From the NCBI RefSeq assembly GCF_009834535.1, contig NC_045698.1, positions 498,001 through 562,000 of the forward strand: DNA of 64,000 nt, in the 5' to 3' direction. Under the pieces are notes generated by a model. It saw only the letters and a list, made by a program, of their open reading frames with translations. It was not told where the DNA came from and did not search any database. The stretch comes from Camelus ferus. Lineage: Eukaryota. Below are positions 23,701-38,700 of the stretch, in pieces. Both the position numbers and the translations under genes were made by a program. Positions within the stretch are counted from its first letter, which is position 1, and each line of letters starts with the position of its first letter.

Positions 23701-26700
23701 CCTACGCACAATCCACTGCCCAGTGGATGAGCCCTGAGGACGGGGCCTGAGGTCCCCCGGAGCCACCGGGGAGGGTGGTTCTGAGGACAGGGGGCCAGAA
23801 GCAGGGTCGGGCAGCACCCCCACCCCCGGCTGTGCAGAAAGGCAGCACAGGGGCCGCACAGAGCACCCGGCACAACCTACCCAGACAGCCGAGCACGGAG
23901 ATGTCCAGAGAGACATCCGGATACGACTTCATGGCCATGAAGTCCAGGGCGGAGCCACCGTCCCCTAGAGGGTCTCCAGCCTGCAGGAGAGAGAAGAAAA
24001 GGTGTTCCCAAGTCAGCAGGTAATGCGAGCAGGAAGCCCCGCACCCACAGGTAGGACAGGCCTGCGACGGCGTGTCCACGCTGGGGCGCGGGCAGGACCC
24101 ACCTGTGCCCAGGGCCCTCGGGGCCTCAGCTCAGCAGCGGGCGCCTCTACCTGCATCGACCACGACGGCTGCTGCCTCTGGGGACCTACGGGCGCTGAGG
24201 GAACCGGGGGGGGGACACGAGACCTGAAGGGCCCGGGCTCTTCTTCAGGAGCCCCCCAGCAGGCGCGGCGGATTCCAAACCAGCACATTCCCTCCTTCTT
24301 TTGTCCGGAGGGTGCGCATCCCTCCAGAGGGTGCACTCTGTGGCTGACTGCGCTCCTGGCCCTCGGCATACCCCTCTCCTCTCTGGAAGCCCTCCTCAAC
24401 ACCCACTCCCGCTCCACGCCGCTCAGGACGGCCGTCTTCTCCGCCACACACACGATCTCCCACCCCGGTGTGCTGCTCTCAGGACGTTAGGATCTTACAG
24501 TTGACATGCTGCTAAGTTCGGAGTGAGTCTTCGAGGGGCCGTCTTCAGTACCTTAAGGGAGGGGCACCACCTCACCCTGAGGCCCTCAGTTCTGTCAAGT
24601 CACACACATTCGTGCTTCTGCTGAACCCTAAGTCACTGCTGGGAAGTTCCTGTCGAATGACAGTGCCCTCCCCGCGTGACACAGAAGAGCAAACAAGCCC
24701 GCACGTCACGACACACACTTAAGGCCACAGGCCTGCCCTCCAGCCCTCTCCTGAGGCTCCACGTCAGACAGGCCCTCTCTGGCCTGCACAGTGGGGACAG
24801 GGGTCCACTGCCACCCAGCAAGTCACAGGAACCGCGAAGGAGGGAGCGGAGGCTTCGGCTACACAGCAAGGGGCACCCGGCTGTCCTGGCCTGAGCGGCC
24901 TGGGAACTAGCTCGGTTCACTTGGTTCTTGTTCTCCCAAGAGGAACTGTCACAGTGCTGGCTCAGGCCACGGGCAAACAGGCTGAGCTCGCGTCACAGAG
25001 CCCACGATGCGCTGGGCCCCTGGGCCGACTGTCACCACCAAGTCCTACAGAACCCACCACCGCCACCGTTTCCTCACCAGAGACTGAGGCTTACAGCTAC
25101 TAGCTACGCACCCAGGGCAGAGCCAAAGCCCCTGCTCCTCCGACACGGAGGCTACCACTTCACAGCTCGCCTGACGACCCTGAAGCGTGACGCCATCGGG
25201 AGCTGGTGAAGACAATCTGGAAAACACTGGTTTGCTCACATCTTATTCGTCAGTAAAAGGGCATTCAGGTCTCCTCAGCACAACAGACAACAGCTAGTGT
25301 ACACACAGGCACACACGTGTACACATGCACACACAGGCACATGTGTGTGCACACACACGCAGACACGCACACACCCAGGCGCCCTTCAGCCTGTGCTCCC
25401 CGGCCGCCTACAGGGAAGTGCCGTGCTCACCTATTCCTTGGCCAGTTCCGCTAACCTGTCACGTGTGAGGACCTACATCCCAAGACGCTGTTGAAAACCT
25501 ATGCTTCTGAGTGTGTTAAAAATGTTACATCTAACGGGGTGGGAAGGGATAGACTGGGATTTCAAAATGTAGAACAGATAAACAAGATTATACTGTGTAG
25601 CAAAGGGAAATATATACAAGATCTTACGGTAGCTCACAGAGAAAGGAATGTGACAATGAATGTACGTTCATGTATAACAGAAAAATTATGCTCTACACTG
25701 GAGTTTGACACAGCATTGTAAAATCATTACAAATCAGTAAAAAATGTTTAAAAAAAAAGTTAAATCTAAAAGAACCGTAAACATTGGGATCTCAGGTCAT
25801 CATGGTTGGGTGGCAGGACCACGAGCTTGCCTCTCCTCATAACTACAACAAACCACAAGTGAAAAAAGACTGGAGCCTAGCAAAAAAGATCTTCTGCAAT
25901 GGAAACATAAAGAGGGAACCACAGCAGGATGGTAGGAGAAGTATGTTCACAATGTAACTGGGCCCTATATCCCTGGGGGTGGGAGACCCACAAGCTGAAA
26001 CCAGTTGAGTGTAGAGGCCCTCCCACAGGCATGAGCACTCTGAGCCCCACGTCAGCTCCCCAGCCCGGGCTCTGGCACTGGGAGGAGGAGGAGCCCCCAG
26101 GACGTCTGGTTGTGAAGGCCAGGGGGCTTAGCTCCGGGAGCCCCAGGGACTGGGGGAAACAGAGGCTTCATTCCCTTGGGAAGCTCACACAGAGTCTAGT
26201 GGGCACCAGGTCCAAGGGCAGAGGCAGTGGTTTCGTAGGAACCTGGGCCAGGCCTGCCTGCTGGATCTGGAGGGTCTCCTGGGGACGTGGGGGACGGCTG
26301 CAGCTCACTTAAGGGGACACAGAAGCTGGTGGCAGGCACTCTGGGAATGTTCATCTCCATGAGCTTTCCTGGAGGCTGACATCGTGATTGGATCATTGGC
26401 ACCAAGACCTAGACCCACCCAACAGCCTGTAGGGAAGCCTCAGGCCAAATGTACTGGGTGGGAGCACAGCCCTACCCGTCAGCAGACCTCCTGAGCCACA
26501 AAGGCCACTAGACGCGGCCCTACCCACCAGAGGTCCAGGACCAAGCTCCACCCAGCAGTGAGCAGGCCCCAGCTCCTCCTGCCAGGAACCCTGCATAAGC
26601 CTCTAGTCCAGCCTCACCCACTAGGGGAAGATACTAGAAATAAGAAAACAATAATCCCAAAGCCACAAACACAGGCCAGACTCTACACTGGGACCAGCTG

Positions 26701-29700
26701 GACCCTGGCCCTCGGATGACAAAAGAGGAGTGCACTGCTGGGACGCACAGGCTGTCTCCCACAGAGGGCCACCTCTCCAAGCTCAAGAAATGTAACTAAC
26801 CTAAAAATACAAATAGAAAGATAGACAATATGAGGCAGCAGAGGAATATCTCCCAGGCCAAGGTACAAGATAAAATCCCAGAAAAAGAAATAAGCGATGA
26901 GGAGACAGGCAATTTATCTGAGAATGAGTTTACAGGAATGATGGCAAAGATGTTCAGAGAACTCAAGAGGAGACAAAGAAGGACACTACACAATGCTTAA
27001 GGGGTCAATCCAAGAAGATGTGACAACTGTAAATATATATGCACCCAACACAGGAGCACCTCAGTATACACGGCAATTGTTAACAGACATAAAAGGAGAA
27101 ATAGGCAGTAATGCAGTGATAGTGCGGGACCTTAACACCCTACTCACATCAACAGACAGATCAGCCAGGCAGAAAATCAGTAAGGAAATAGAGGCCATAA
27201 ATGACAATTTGGCCAGATGGACTTAACTGATAATGTATATAGCATTCCATCTGAAAGCAGAATACACCTTCTTTTCAAGTGTACACAGAACATTCTTCAG
27301 AATTGACCACATGCTGGTCCACAAAGCCAGCCTCAGCAAGTTTAACAAAACTGAAATCATACCAAGCATATTTTCTGACCACAATTCTACGAGGTTAGAA
27401 ATCAATTACAAGAAAGAAAAACTGCCCAAACTGCAAACACGTGGAGGCTAAACAATACGCTACCAAACAACCAGTGGACCACGGAAGAAATCAAAGAGGA
27501 ACTCAAAAATACCTTGAGACAAATGAAAATAAAACACAATGATCCAAGACCTCTGGGATGCAGCAAAAGCAGTTCTCAGAGGGAAGCTTACAGCGACACA
27601 AGCCCACCTCAGGAAACAAGAAAAAGCTCAGGTAAACCACCTAGCCTTACACCTAAAGCCGCTGGAGAAAGAAGAATAAACAAACCCCAAAGTCAGTAGA
27701 AGAAAAGAAATCATAAAGATAAGAGCAGAAATAAATGAAATAGAGACTGAAAAAAAAATAGAAAAGATCAATGAAACTAAAAGCTGGTTCTTCAAAAAGA
27801 AACAAAATTGATAAACCTTTAGTCAGACACATCAGGAAAAAAAGGCCTAAGAAAATAAAATCAGAAATGAAAAAGGAGAGTTACAACTGACACCACAGAA
27901 ATGCAAGGGATCGTAAGAGGTCACTACGAGCAACTATACACCAACAAAAAGGACGACACAGAAGAAATGGACAACTTCTTAGAAAGGTACAATTTGCCAA
28001 GACTGAATCAGTTAGAAATAGAAACTATGAACAGACCAATTACCAGTAATGAAACTGAATCAGTAATTTAGAAACTCCCAACAAACAAAAAGTCCAGGAC
28101 CATTTGGCTTCACAGGTGACTTCAACCCAACATTTAGAGAAGAGTTAACACCTATCCTTATGAAACTACTCCAAAAAACTGCAGAGGAAAGAACCCTTCA
28201 GAACTCACTCTATGAGACCATCAACATCCTGATACTAAAACCAGACAAAGAGATCACAAAAAAAGTAAATTAGAGGCCAATGTCACTGATGAATATAAAT
28301 GCAAAAATCCTCAACAAAATACTAGCAAATCAACTCCAACAATGCATTAAAAGGATCGTATACCATGATCAAGTGGGATTTATTACAAGGATGCAGGGGT
28401 TTTCAATATCCGCAAATCAATCAATGCGATACACCACATTAACAATTGAAGAATAAAAACCACATGATCATCAACAGATGCAGAAAAAGCTCTTGATAAA
28501 ACCCAACATCCATTTATCCAGAAAGTGGGCATAGACAGAACACACCGCAACATAATAAAGGCCACATACGACAAACCCACAGCTAACATCTTATCTAACA
28601 GGGAAAAGCTGAAAGTATTTCCTCTAAGATCAGAAACAAGATGAGGATGCCTACTCTCGCCACTTTTATTCAACATAGTTTTGGAAGTCCTAGCCATAGC
28701 AATCAGAGAAAAAAAATAAATAAAAGGAATCCAAATTGGAAACAAAGAAATAAAACTGTCACTATTTGCAGACGATGATACTATACGTAGAAAACCCTAA
28801 AGAATTGACCAGAAAACTATCAGACCTCATCAATGAATATGGTAAAGTTGCAGGATACAAAATTAATATACAGAAATCAGCTGGATTTCTATACACTAAC
28901 AATGAAATAGCAGAAAGGGAAATTAAGGAGACAATACCATTTACCAAAGCACTACAAAGAATAAAATACCTAGGAATAAACCTACCTGGGGAGGCAAAAG
29001 ACCTGTACTCTGAAAACTGTAAGACAATGATGAAGGAAACTGCAGATGAAAGAAACAAATGGAAAGATATATCATGTTCTTGGACTAGAAGACTCAGTAT
29101 CATTAAAATGGCCACACTACCCAAGGCAATATACAGATTCAATGCAATCCTATCAAATTGCCAATGATGCTTTTCACAGAACTGGGGCAAAAGATATTAA
29201 AATTTGTATGGTAACACAAGAGACCCCAAATAGCCAAAACAATCTTGAGAAAGAGGAACGGGCCTGACTTCAGACTATACTACAAAGCTACAGTAATCAA
29301 AACAGCATGGTACTAGCACAAAAACAGACACACAGATCAGTGGGACAGGATATAAAAAGTCCAGAAATAAACCCACGCACTCATGGTTAACTAATTAAGG
29401 AGGCAAGAATATACAATGGAGAAAAGCGCTGCTGGGAAAACTGGACAGCTACCTGTGAAGGACTAAACTAGGACATTCTCTAACACAATATACAAACACA
29501 CACACACACACACACACACATACAAAAACAAACAAAAAACTCAAAATGGATTAAAGATTTAAATGTAAGACCAGATACTATGAAACTCTTAAAGGAAAAC
29601 ATATGCAGAACACTCTTTGACATAAATCACAGCAATATTTTTTTCAAACCAGCTCCTGCAGTAATGGAAATAAAAGCACAAATAAACAAATGGCATCTAA

Positions 29701-32700
29701 TTAAACTTACAAGCTTTTGCACAGCTAAGAGTATCATCAACAAAATGAAAAGACAACTTACAGAATGGGAGAAAATACTTCCAAATGATGTGACTGACAA
29801 TGAACTAATTTCCAATATATACAAAAAGATCATACACCTTAATATCAAAAAAACAAACAACCCACTCAAAAAATGGGCAGAAGACCTAAATAGATATTTC
29901 TACAAAAAAGACATACAGATGGCCAACAGGCACATGAAAAGATATTCAGTATCACTAATTATTAGAGAAATGCAAATCAAAACTACAACGAGGTATCACT
30001 TCACACCAGCCGGAACGGCCATCATTAAAAGTCTACAAACAATAAATGTTGGAGAGGGTGTGGAGAAAAAGGAACCCTCCTACACTGCTGGTGGGAATGT
30101 AAATTGGTGCAGCCACTATGGAGGATAGTATGGAGGTTCCTTAAAAAACTAAAAGTAGACTTACTGTATGATCCAGCAATCCCACTCCTGGGTACGTATC
30201 CAGAGGGAACTCTAATTTGAAAAGACACATGCATCCCAATGCTCACAGGAGCACTATTTACAATAGCCAAGACATGGAAACAACCTAAATGTCCATCGAC
30301 AGATGACTGGATAAAGAAGCTGTGGTATATATACAATGGAATAATATTCAGCAATAAAAAAGGATGAAATAATGTCTTTTGCAGCAACATGGATGGACCT
30401 GGGATGGTCATTCTAAGTGAAGTAAGTCAGAAAGAGAAAAATACCATATGGTATCACTTATACATGGAATCTGAAAAAAAGACACAAATAAATTTATCTA
30501 CAAAACAGAAAGAGATTCACAGACACAGAGAACAAACTTACGGTTACCAGGGGGTAAAGACGGTGGGAAGGATAAACTGGGAGTTCGAGATCTGCATCTC
30601 TTGGGGAGAGATGGAAATATTAGCTATGTTGATTGTGGTGGTGGTCTTGTGGGTGTATACAGCTATCAAAATTCATCAAAGTGTACATGTGGAATATGTG
30701 TAGTTTACTGGACAGGAACCATATCACAATAAAGGTGTTAAAAGAAAAAAATAAAAGCGTCGTGAACACTACATCTGCAGGAAAGGCCTGGGAGCCGAGT
30801 GCTGACGGGACAGGCTGCTAGATGCTGTGAGGGCACAGGCGCCGCCAGCTGAGCGAGGCAGAGGCCTCAGCCTCGGCCTGTCGTGTCCACACCAGGCTGC
30901 AGCCACATGCAGGAGAAGGCCGAGTGGAGCCGAGGAGAGGGGTGGGCACGGCCAAGGTGACAGGAGCTCCCTCACTGACCTGCAGAGGCCCTGATGCTGG
31001 GCAGGGTGTGTGGGTCCCGCTCAAGGCACCTGCAGCCTGTCCCAGCCCTCTGCAGACGGTGCAGGGCTGCGTCACCCAGAGACCCCGGCAGCACCCAGGC
31101 CACCTCGCACACCTCACAGGAGACAACCACAGCACCATCCCCGGGTCTCCGTGGCTCAGAGGGCCCCCATCCAGATAAGCACCTGATGCTCTGCCCAGGG
31201 TGGGCCCGTCACCGAGGCCTGGTGACCCCGCAGCCTGGGCCTCACGCCCTGCCCAGTGTCCTGGCAACATGGGGCGTGAGCACAGCCAGGTATGGCCATG
31301 TACAAAGATGGGTGTGCCCACGTGCGCACATTACTCCAGGGCAGGAGAGGAAACTAAGGCTGGACCACAGAGGACAGTTTCCTCAGATAGGAAGCATGTG
31401 TCCAAGGCTTGGGCAAGGCCCCAGGGCCTAGTCTCGCTCCGAGCACACGGTGCACACGCACCGGCCTGGCAGCACCGCAGGCTGGCATCTCCGCCTGCCA
31501 GGAGAGCTGGGCGACCCCCGCACCAGAGATGAAGTGCGCCACCTGGCGCGTGGGCCGTCCCTCAAGCACCTTAAACTCCTCTGCCCACACGTGGTACGTG
31601 GCTTCACACCCTGACCCCCAGTCATTGCAATTGGGGGTCGGGGGACCACCACATCATCTCGTCAGCAACTTCACCAGTTTCTAACTAAAGCATGAAGCTC
31701 TTCTCAAGCACCCCATCTCAAAAGCCAAACACAACCATCCTTATGGAGACCCTGACTACCAGGCTTTTACTAACTGGCCGTGTAACTCACCTTCCCTTCG
31801 TCAGGAGGCTTCATCGGGACGTTTCTCCTCTGCAAAGCAAGACAGACAAGAACAAGTTTTCTGAAACAATTTTACAAAGAAGGACAGCCCATCACCCACC
31901 TGGCCACAGCTCTGAGCTGTCAAGTCAGATCACGTCATGCTGTGACCCCGGCAGCCCTGCGTGAGACAGTGTGAGGTCACTAACTTGGCCCACAGGGGCC
32001 TGGTTCCTGAGACCTGGGAGCTGAGGGCCCACAAGACCACCCTGGGGCGAGGAGATGGAGTGAGAGCACCCCAACCTTGGGTCCACAGCCCTGGGTGGCA
32101 TAAAACAAAAGAAAAAAATCAGACATGGTTCACTGGTCCCAGGGCAATTCAGGTAAATCACCCGGCCCGGTGGCTTAACCTGGAGGAGGATTAGCCTGGA
32201 AGGTGGCATGCATCTGACCACTACTCTGTGACCACAGCCCACTCACTGCACTGAGCTGCTGTCCTGTAACCTGGCAGGAGCCTGTCCTTAACACACCCCT
32301 GTTCTGTGAACATACCTAGAACAGTCAGCCCACATGCTTCTGTATCTATGATCTTTTGTTCAAGATAATGTCCCTGAGCTTTGCTTGTGTTAGAAACTTC
32401 ACAACTTTTAAGTAGAAAAAGTAAACACTAACACTATCTCAACATCTATCTCCTCACACAAGCTCCCGCCAACGTGCACGTGTCAGTACTGGACGTCATT
32501 TACGTGACTCTAATGTGGTTCGCGTTCAGAAAAGTGATCAGACTGGAACCTAGGAAGACGGAAGGGGGGTGTGGGCAGAAACTACATCTGAAGAAACAAG
32601 GGCTGAAAATCTTCCAGATTTTAGGAAAACTACAAATTGATAGGCCTAAGAAGCTCGGCAAACGTCAAGCAGATCAGACACAAGGACGCACACAGTCACG

Positions 32701-35700
32701 CACACAGGGACCAACTGCACCGCCAGGCAGGAAGCCAAACACTCAGGAGCAGCCAGAGCAGCGGCCGCGCCTCTTCTCCAAACGGCTGGAGAGCGAACAC
32801 GTGGGCTTTGCGGCCCCACACCAGCTGCAGCACCTTCTCTTTTTTTTAAATCTTCAAAAAATGTAAAATTATCCTTAGCTTGTGGGCCAGTCTGCCAATC
32901 CTCAATCTTCACCAAAAAAGACACGTTACAAGTGGGAGAGAGATAAAAGCAACTGCAGACACGTCCTCAGAAACGATGCAAGTCAGACGTCTTTGTACGC
33001 AGAGGAAAAGACGTCCACCTGGACCTCCACGCCCGGGGAAGACGAGCTTCAAAAATGAAGGTAAAATAAAGACTTTCTTCAGATGAAGAAAACCTGAGCC
33101 AATCTGTCCTCTGAGAAACAGCAAAGGAAACTTCAAGACGAGGGACAACGACAGCGTCCGGAAGAAGCATGGCTGCACAGTGACAGGAACCCTGTGCGCC
33201 CCAGGGGCCTCAGTACTTGTCAGCTTCCTGGAAGGATATCTGACCGTTCACAGTGAAGACAAACGGTAAATGACAGCCAGCGAGGGAGGAGCCCCGACCC
33301 GCACCCAGGCTGGACGCTCCTCCCACGGGAGCGCCGGGCACAGCCCACCTGCCGCAGCTGGGACAGCATCCGAGAGTGGTCTCCGCCCGTGATCTGGTCC
33401 AGGAGGTCGTCCACCATCTTCCTGCTGTAGCTCCCTGCGCCCTTCACAAACTCCTGCAGGCTGGGGGCCGCGACAAGATGGGGCCGGGGGGGGGGGGTCA
33501 GGGCCCCGCATGCCATCCCAGCCGTATGCCCCAGACGTCCCTCCACAGGGGAGCTTCTCCCTGAGCCACAGCCCCCCTAGATGGAGTGGTTTTGGAGAGT
33601 GGACAACAGTCCTCACCAGATTTTCAAAGTGGCCCCCGACCCAAAAAACCTATGAACATCTCGGGAAAAACCTGGTAAAAATAAACCCAAGTGAAGAAGA
33701 GTGTATTCGCACACAGATGTACCTCATGCTAACCTCACAACAGGAGCGTTTCCACACCTGTTTGTTTTGGTTTTAAAAATGCAAGTAGACTGAGAACACA
33801 GTGTGGGGGCCACACGGGGAGGGCAAGGGAGTAAGACCCTCCCCAACACCTCTCAGAGCTGTTCCAACTTCCAAAAAACCAAACTACAACTAACTAGAGC
33901 GTTCAGAGAGGACGCGGCAGACAGGCCCTGTCCCAGCCGCGCAGCCAGGGGAAGGCTCCTCCTGTCCCAGCAGCGCAGCCAGGCGAAGGCTCCGAGCGGC
34001 TCCCACACAGAGGGAGGGCGGCAGCGCACCCGGGAGCAAAACCAGCCCGGGCGCCTTGGCCGGGAGCTCCTTGGACAAAGCACCCGGGGCGGCCGCTGTC
34101 CTGGGGCCACGGCTGGCGGGAGCAGGCACTGCGGTGGGGTGGGGCGGGGTCCCTGGGGCCCTTAAAGAGCCATGAGCAGGTGGCAGGCTCACAGGGAGCA
34201 GCAGGAGGACCGTGACGCCATCCTGTCCTTGGGTCTCCACTGTCACCTCTTCTCACACACGGGGCCCAGCCTGGGTTCCGCCCACTGTCAGCGAGCGGCG
34301 CACCCCGTGTGTTTCTCAGTCACGTTCTGCACTCTTTTTGGAGTAGGATGCAGATCTAATAAGGACAGACTCCATTTCTTGAAGAGAACAGCAAGGCTGT
34401 TACTTTCCCCACAGAAATTACTGCAGCTCTGCAGGAGTGATTCACTTCTACTTTGTCACAGAAAACAATACAAAAGAGTTCCCCAGAAACGCAGTGCTAC
34501 GTCTATGATCTTAATTTGACACCTTAGCCGGTGAGTTGCTAAACTGTCCCCAAAACTCCCCCAGTGAAGCCCTGACCCCAAGTGCCTCAGGACGTGACCA
34601 CCCTTGGAGACAAACCCTCTAGGGGTGGTAAGTTAGAATGGTGTCTTTACAGGAAAGAGGTGGGGACAGGGACTCGCGGAGGGACGGCCACACCGGAACC
34701 CAGGGAAGACCAGTGCCCTCAGGCCAAGGACCAGGAGATCCAGCCCAGACCCCTAGTCTCAGACTCCAGCCTCCTGGACGGGAGATGGTGACTGTGGTCT
34801 GAGCGGCCGGCCGTGGAGCCTTGTCTTGGCGGCCTGAGCAGAGCCACCAGGGCCACCCTGTGTACGACTGTTACTACACATGCCAGCGGGTCACACACGC
34901 TCTTCCTCAAGCTGCAGCCTGGGCCACCACCTTCCTGGAACCCACAAACTGGCCCGAACCACCCACAGGAAAACGGCTCCGGCCATGCTGCATGTCCGCC
35001 CCGACCCACCTGAGTGCGCACTGCACACCCGTCTCGTCCCCGTAGGCTGAGTACAGCAGCTCCGCCTCGTCGGACTTCAGGTCCCCGAACACCGAGTTGT
35101 TGTGTAGGGAGAGTGCAGTGCTGGCGCTGGACAGAAACGTGACTGGGAGAGGGGAGGCACACGTGAGGACACGGTTGCACCCACAGACGCCTCCGCGCAC
35201 AACCAGCCACAGGCACATCCCCAGGGCTGCCCTTGCCGAGGGGACACGCGGGGACTCAGGGGCCGGAGGGCAGTGTCCTGGGCACAGAAGAGGGAGCAAC
35301 ATCGCTGCCTGACCCACTAGATGCCAGGAGCACCCCAGGGTGACAATCAAAGTGTCCCCAGACATGGCCAAACATCCCTGGGAAGAAGTGCTGTGCAGGC
35401 GAGCATGCCAACACAAGACAGAGCCCGGCACCAGCACCCATGCAGCCAAGGCGCCCATGCTGTCCACCCACTCTGGGGAGAGCCTCACGCTCCGGTCTCT
35501 CTCTGCTGCCGGCAGCGTCACAAGCCTCCAAGGGGATGAAATGTGATGGTTCGTCGAGGAAATGAAATTTCCACCACCATCTCGGAGGGCGGCCTCTATG
35601 CACCAGGAGGAAACCCACCCACCCGAAGGGCTGGGGAGATGGCTTCTCGTCCCGAGACTTCTGATGACCTACTTCTGCGGCCAGTTTCCCAGCCAGGACG

Positions 35701-38700
35701 TGGGGGCAACCCCGGTGGGCAGGCCGTGGCGCACACTCACCTCTGCTCCTCCGCTCCTCCCGGAAGCCCAGGGTGGTGATGCCTGGGACCAGCTTGCTGG
35801 ACAGTGAGCTCAGGTCCACTGGGTGGGTCTCCTCCTCTGCAAGCGGACAGGGCCGTGAGCACGTGGTCTCGGAGCCCCCGGCCCAGGGCAGTGCAGTGGG
35901 CAGGCGGGCAGCCTGGGGGCTCCCTGGGAAGCCCCTCTGAAGTCAGGCCTGCAGAAGCCGGCTGCCCCCTCAAACCCTAACCGCACTGCAGTTTGACTCT
36001 GCAGTCAGTCAGCCCACAGTCCCAGGACACAGCAGACCCCTGCGCCCCCCATGTGCAGTCATAGCAACAGAGAACCTCCACCTCGGACACCCGAGAGCAC
36101 ATTCCTGTGCTGTGGGTGCTGCTTGCATGGGCTGAGTGGGACCCCTCAGTCCCCCAGGGGACCATCCCACGTTCTCCAAGCGTAGACCACCCATCTGCTC
36201 TTCTATCGAGAACTTCAGGATCCGTTCCAGCTAAATGTCAAAGTGGTCAGCACGCACCCTCCACACCCATCGTGAACGCCGAGTACACCCACTCATCCGG
36301 GTGGGGAACCCCCCCCCCCAACCCCGGGCATGGCCACCCTGTCCGCTGACCACATCCGTGTCCTGCCAAGGGAGCGTGCAGGGGTGGGACACCAGACAGG
36401 CATGGGGCCAGGAAAGGGTCCCCCAGGCAGGCTACAGTCTCCAGGTCACGGGACGTGACGGGCAGGAGGATGTGCGTGGGCACCCACCGTCAGCATCCGG
36501 CTCAGCTGTGTTGACAACGCTGTACAGCAGGCTCCCGTCCCCGCTCTTCCTCAGGTAGCCCATCTGCGAGGAAGCAGGCCTGAGTCCCGCCCCCGGGCAG
36601 CCCTAGGCTCCCGCGGCTGAGCAGAGGCCTGTGAGCGTGGCCTGACTCGGGTAAATCCCGAACGGCCACGGGGTCACTCATTTCCCACAAACAAGACCAA
36701 AAGACGCCCCTCACACCTTCCCTGGATTTTAACTGAAGACCCACTTGCACTCATGTGCGATCAAACTCCTCGTGACCCCTCTAAGAGGAGCTCCTGAGAC
36801 CCCAGAAACAGCCCGGACAGAACAAGTTGGCACGAGACACTGGTCAAGAGGCCCAGACACCCCACCTCCACAGCACGTGGGGACTTACTTCCATTTAACA
36901 ACCAGCCACCAAACAAGACCAGCCCCTCCTGCACAGGCTCCCGTCAGGAGGGCCCAGGAAGGGGAGGCACTGTGTGTGGGGTGTGGGGTGGCAGGTGTCC
37001 AAGTAGGAGCAGCGGCCTGGGAGGGGAACCAGGTCCTGAGCAAGGTGTGCAGGGCATGGGGGTGGGGGGAGATTGGTCACTGTTGATCGAGTAAGTGCAT
37101 TAAGGGTGACAGATGTCAGGTTTCTCACTGCAGAATTACAAAACTGAAAGAAAAGCAGAGCAGATCTGGAGCAGGTGCTGGACAACGTGGAGGCTACTGT
37201 GCAAAACACAGTTGTGGGTGAACGTGAACACGCATGTGCCTGCCCAGCACCCAGGCCTCGGTATCTGGTGCCACCCTCCACCGAGGACCCAGGGCTCCGT
37301 GGAGAAACGCTGGTTCCAGGACTGAAGGGCAACAGGGGTGCAGAGCAGAGGGCCCAACAGAGAGAACTCTGACGCAAGCCACACGGGGGCCGCAAACTTT
37401 CTAGCAGGCACGGTCAGAAATCAAAAGAAACAGGTGCGGCTAAACTTCATGTGTTTTATACAACCTGCCACATCCAAACTACCATTTTAAAATTTTTACG
37501 CACAACCCAGCGTGTACTTCACAGACTCAGCACGAAAAAATACTGTGAGGCCCAGTAAGGTCTCCTGTGGATTGCACGTGAAATAAGACTTTAGATCCAT
37601 CAGGTCAAATAAAACACACTAGGGTTAATTCCACCCGCATCCTGGTTAACGTGACCTCGAGGAAGTCTGAAACTGTACATGCAGTGACTCACACTACTTC
37701 CGTTGTAGGGGCCAATCTAGGACGTCCTCGTGTCAGAGGGCAGGCGCTCAAGGAACGGTGGGGCCTCCTTTTGAGGACCAGCAGCCTCTGGACAGGCTCA
37801 CGGCTGTCACACCATGGTCAGGCCCGTAAGTGACCGTGGTGGGGCAGAGACATGATACATAGGGAAAGGGGCTCAGCCTCTGCAGTGATGGGGTCAGCAC
37901 CTCTGCCAGTAGGCACACCACACCCTTCCTGCCCTTGAGGTCCCCCAGTGCTGTCTGCATCCCAAGATGAGCCAGGGAGGACAAGGGCACCCCTGGAACA
38001 CGGGTTCAGCTCCGACCGGATACTTGTCAAGACCTGACGGTCACCTCTAGAAGGTGACAGCTGTGCCACCGTCCTGGCAGAAAGCCCACAGCCATGCGGG
38101 GGTGCTACCTTGCCCCCGGGGACGAGCCGGTTGATCCTGTCCCGGGCCTCGTCGGCCGCGTGCTCCACCAAGGCCAGCACGTGCTCCTCCGCGGTGCTGT
38201 CGGTCAGGCTGCAAGCATTTCCTTCCGGCTCAAACACGCAGCTGTGAGGCAGGAATACCACCCAAGTCGCCAGGAGGCGCACAGGCAGCTAACACCTCAG
38301 CCCCGGTCAGTCCCTAATGCCCACGCCAGGTCACACCAGAAGGCTGTTGGGGGCAGCGCCAAGCGCACTTTAAATTCCTTCCCGTAACCTCTACCCACAG
38401 CAAACGAATGCTTTCACTAAGCTGAGTCAGAGTCAGCGTTTCTGATGAGGCACCTGCCCGCTTCATCGCTTTAAGAGCAAGAGAAAAAATGTGACTCGTC
38501 GGGAGCTTCCTGCACTACAGCATCACTCCAGTCACTCCAGGGGCCACCAGCAAAAGTGACAACCACCCCACGCAGGGCTGAGGCCCTGAGGCGGTGGCAG
38601 TGGGCTGGGCCAGGGTGGGAGGAGGACCCGGGCGCTAGCCCTGAGGGAGGGCTGCAGGGGTGGGCGGAAGTCCCTGCAAGGCTCCATGGGGCAAGGCCTC

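Noticed and set aside
3200..25500. Many overlapping 60-290 aa ORFs in GC-rich introns and intergenic DNA
   Set aside because: No recognisable domains apart from embedded ZDHHC11/BRD9 exons; overlapping in several frames is typical of high-GC non-coding sequence.
25786..30752. Potentially active LINE-1
   Set aside because: ORF1 is mostly deleted and ORF2 is broken by many stops and frameshifts.
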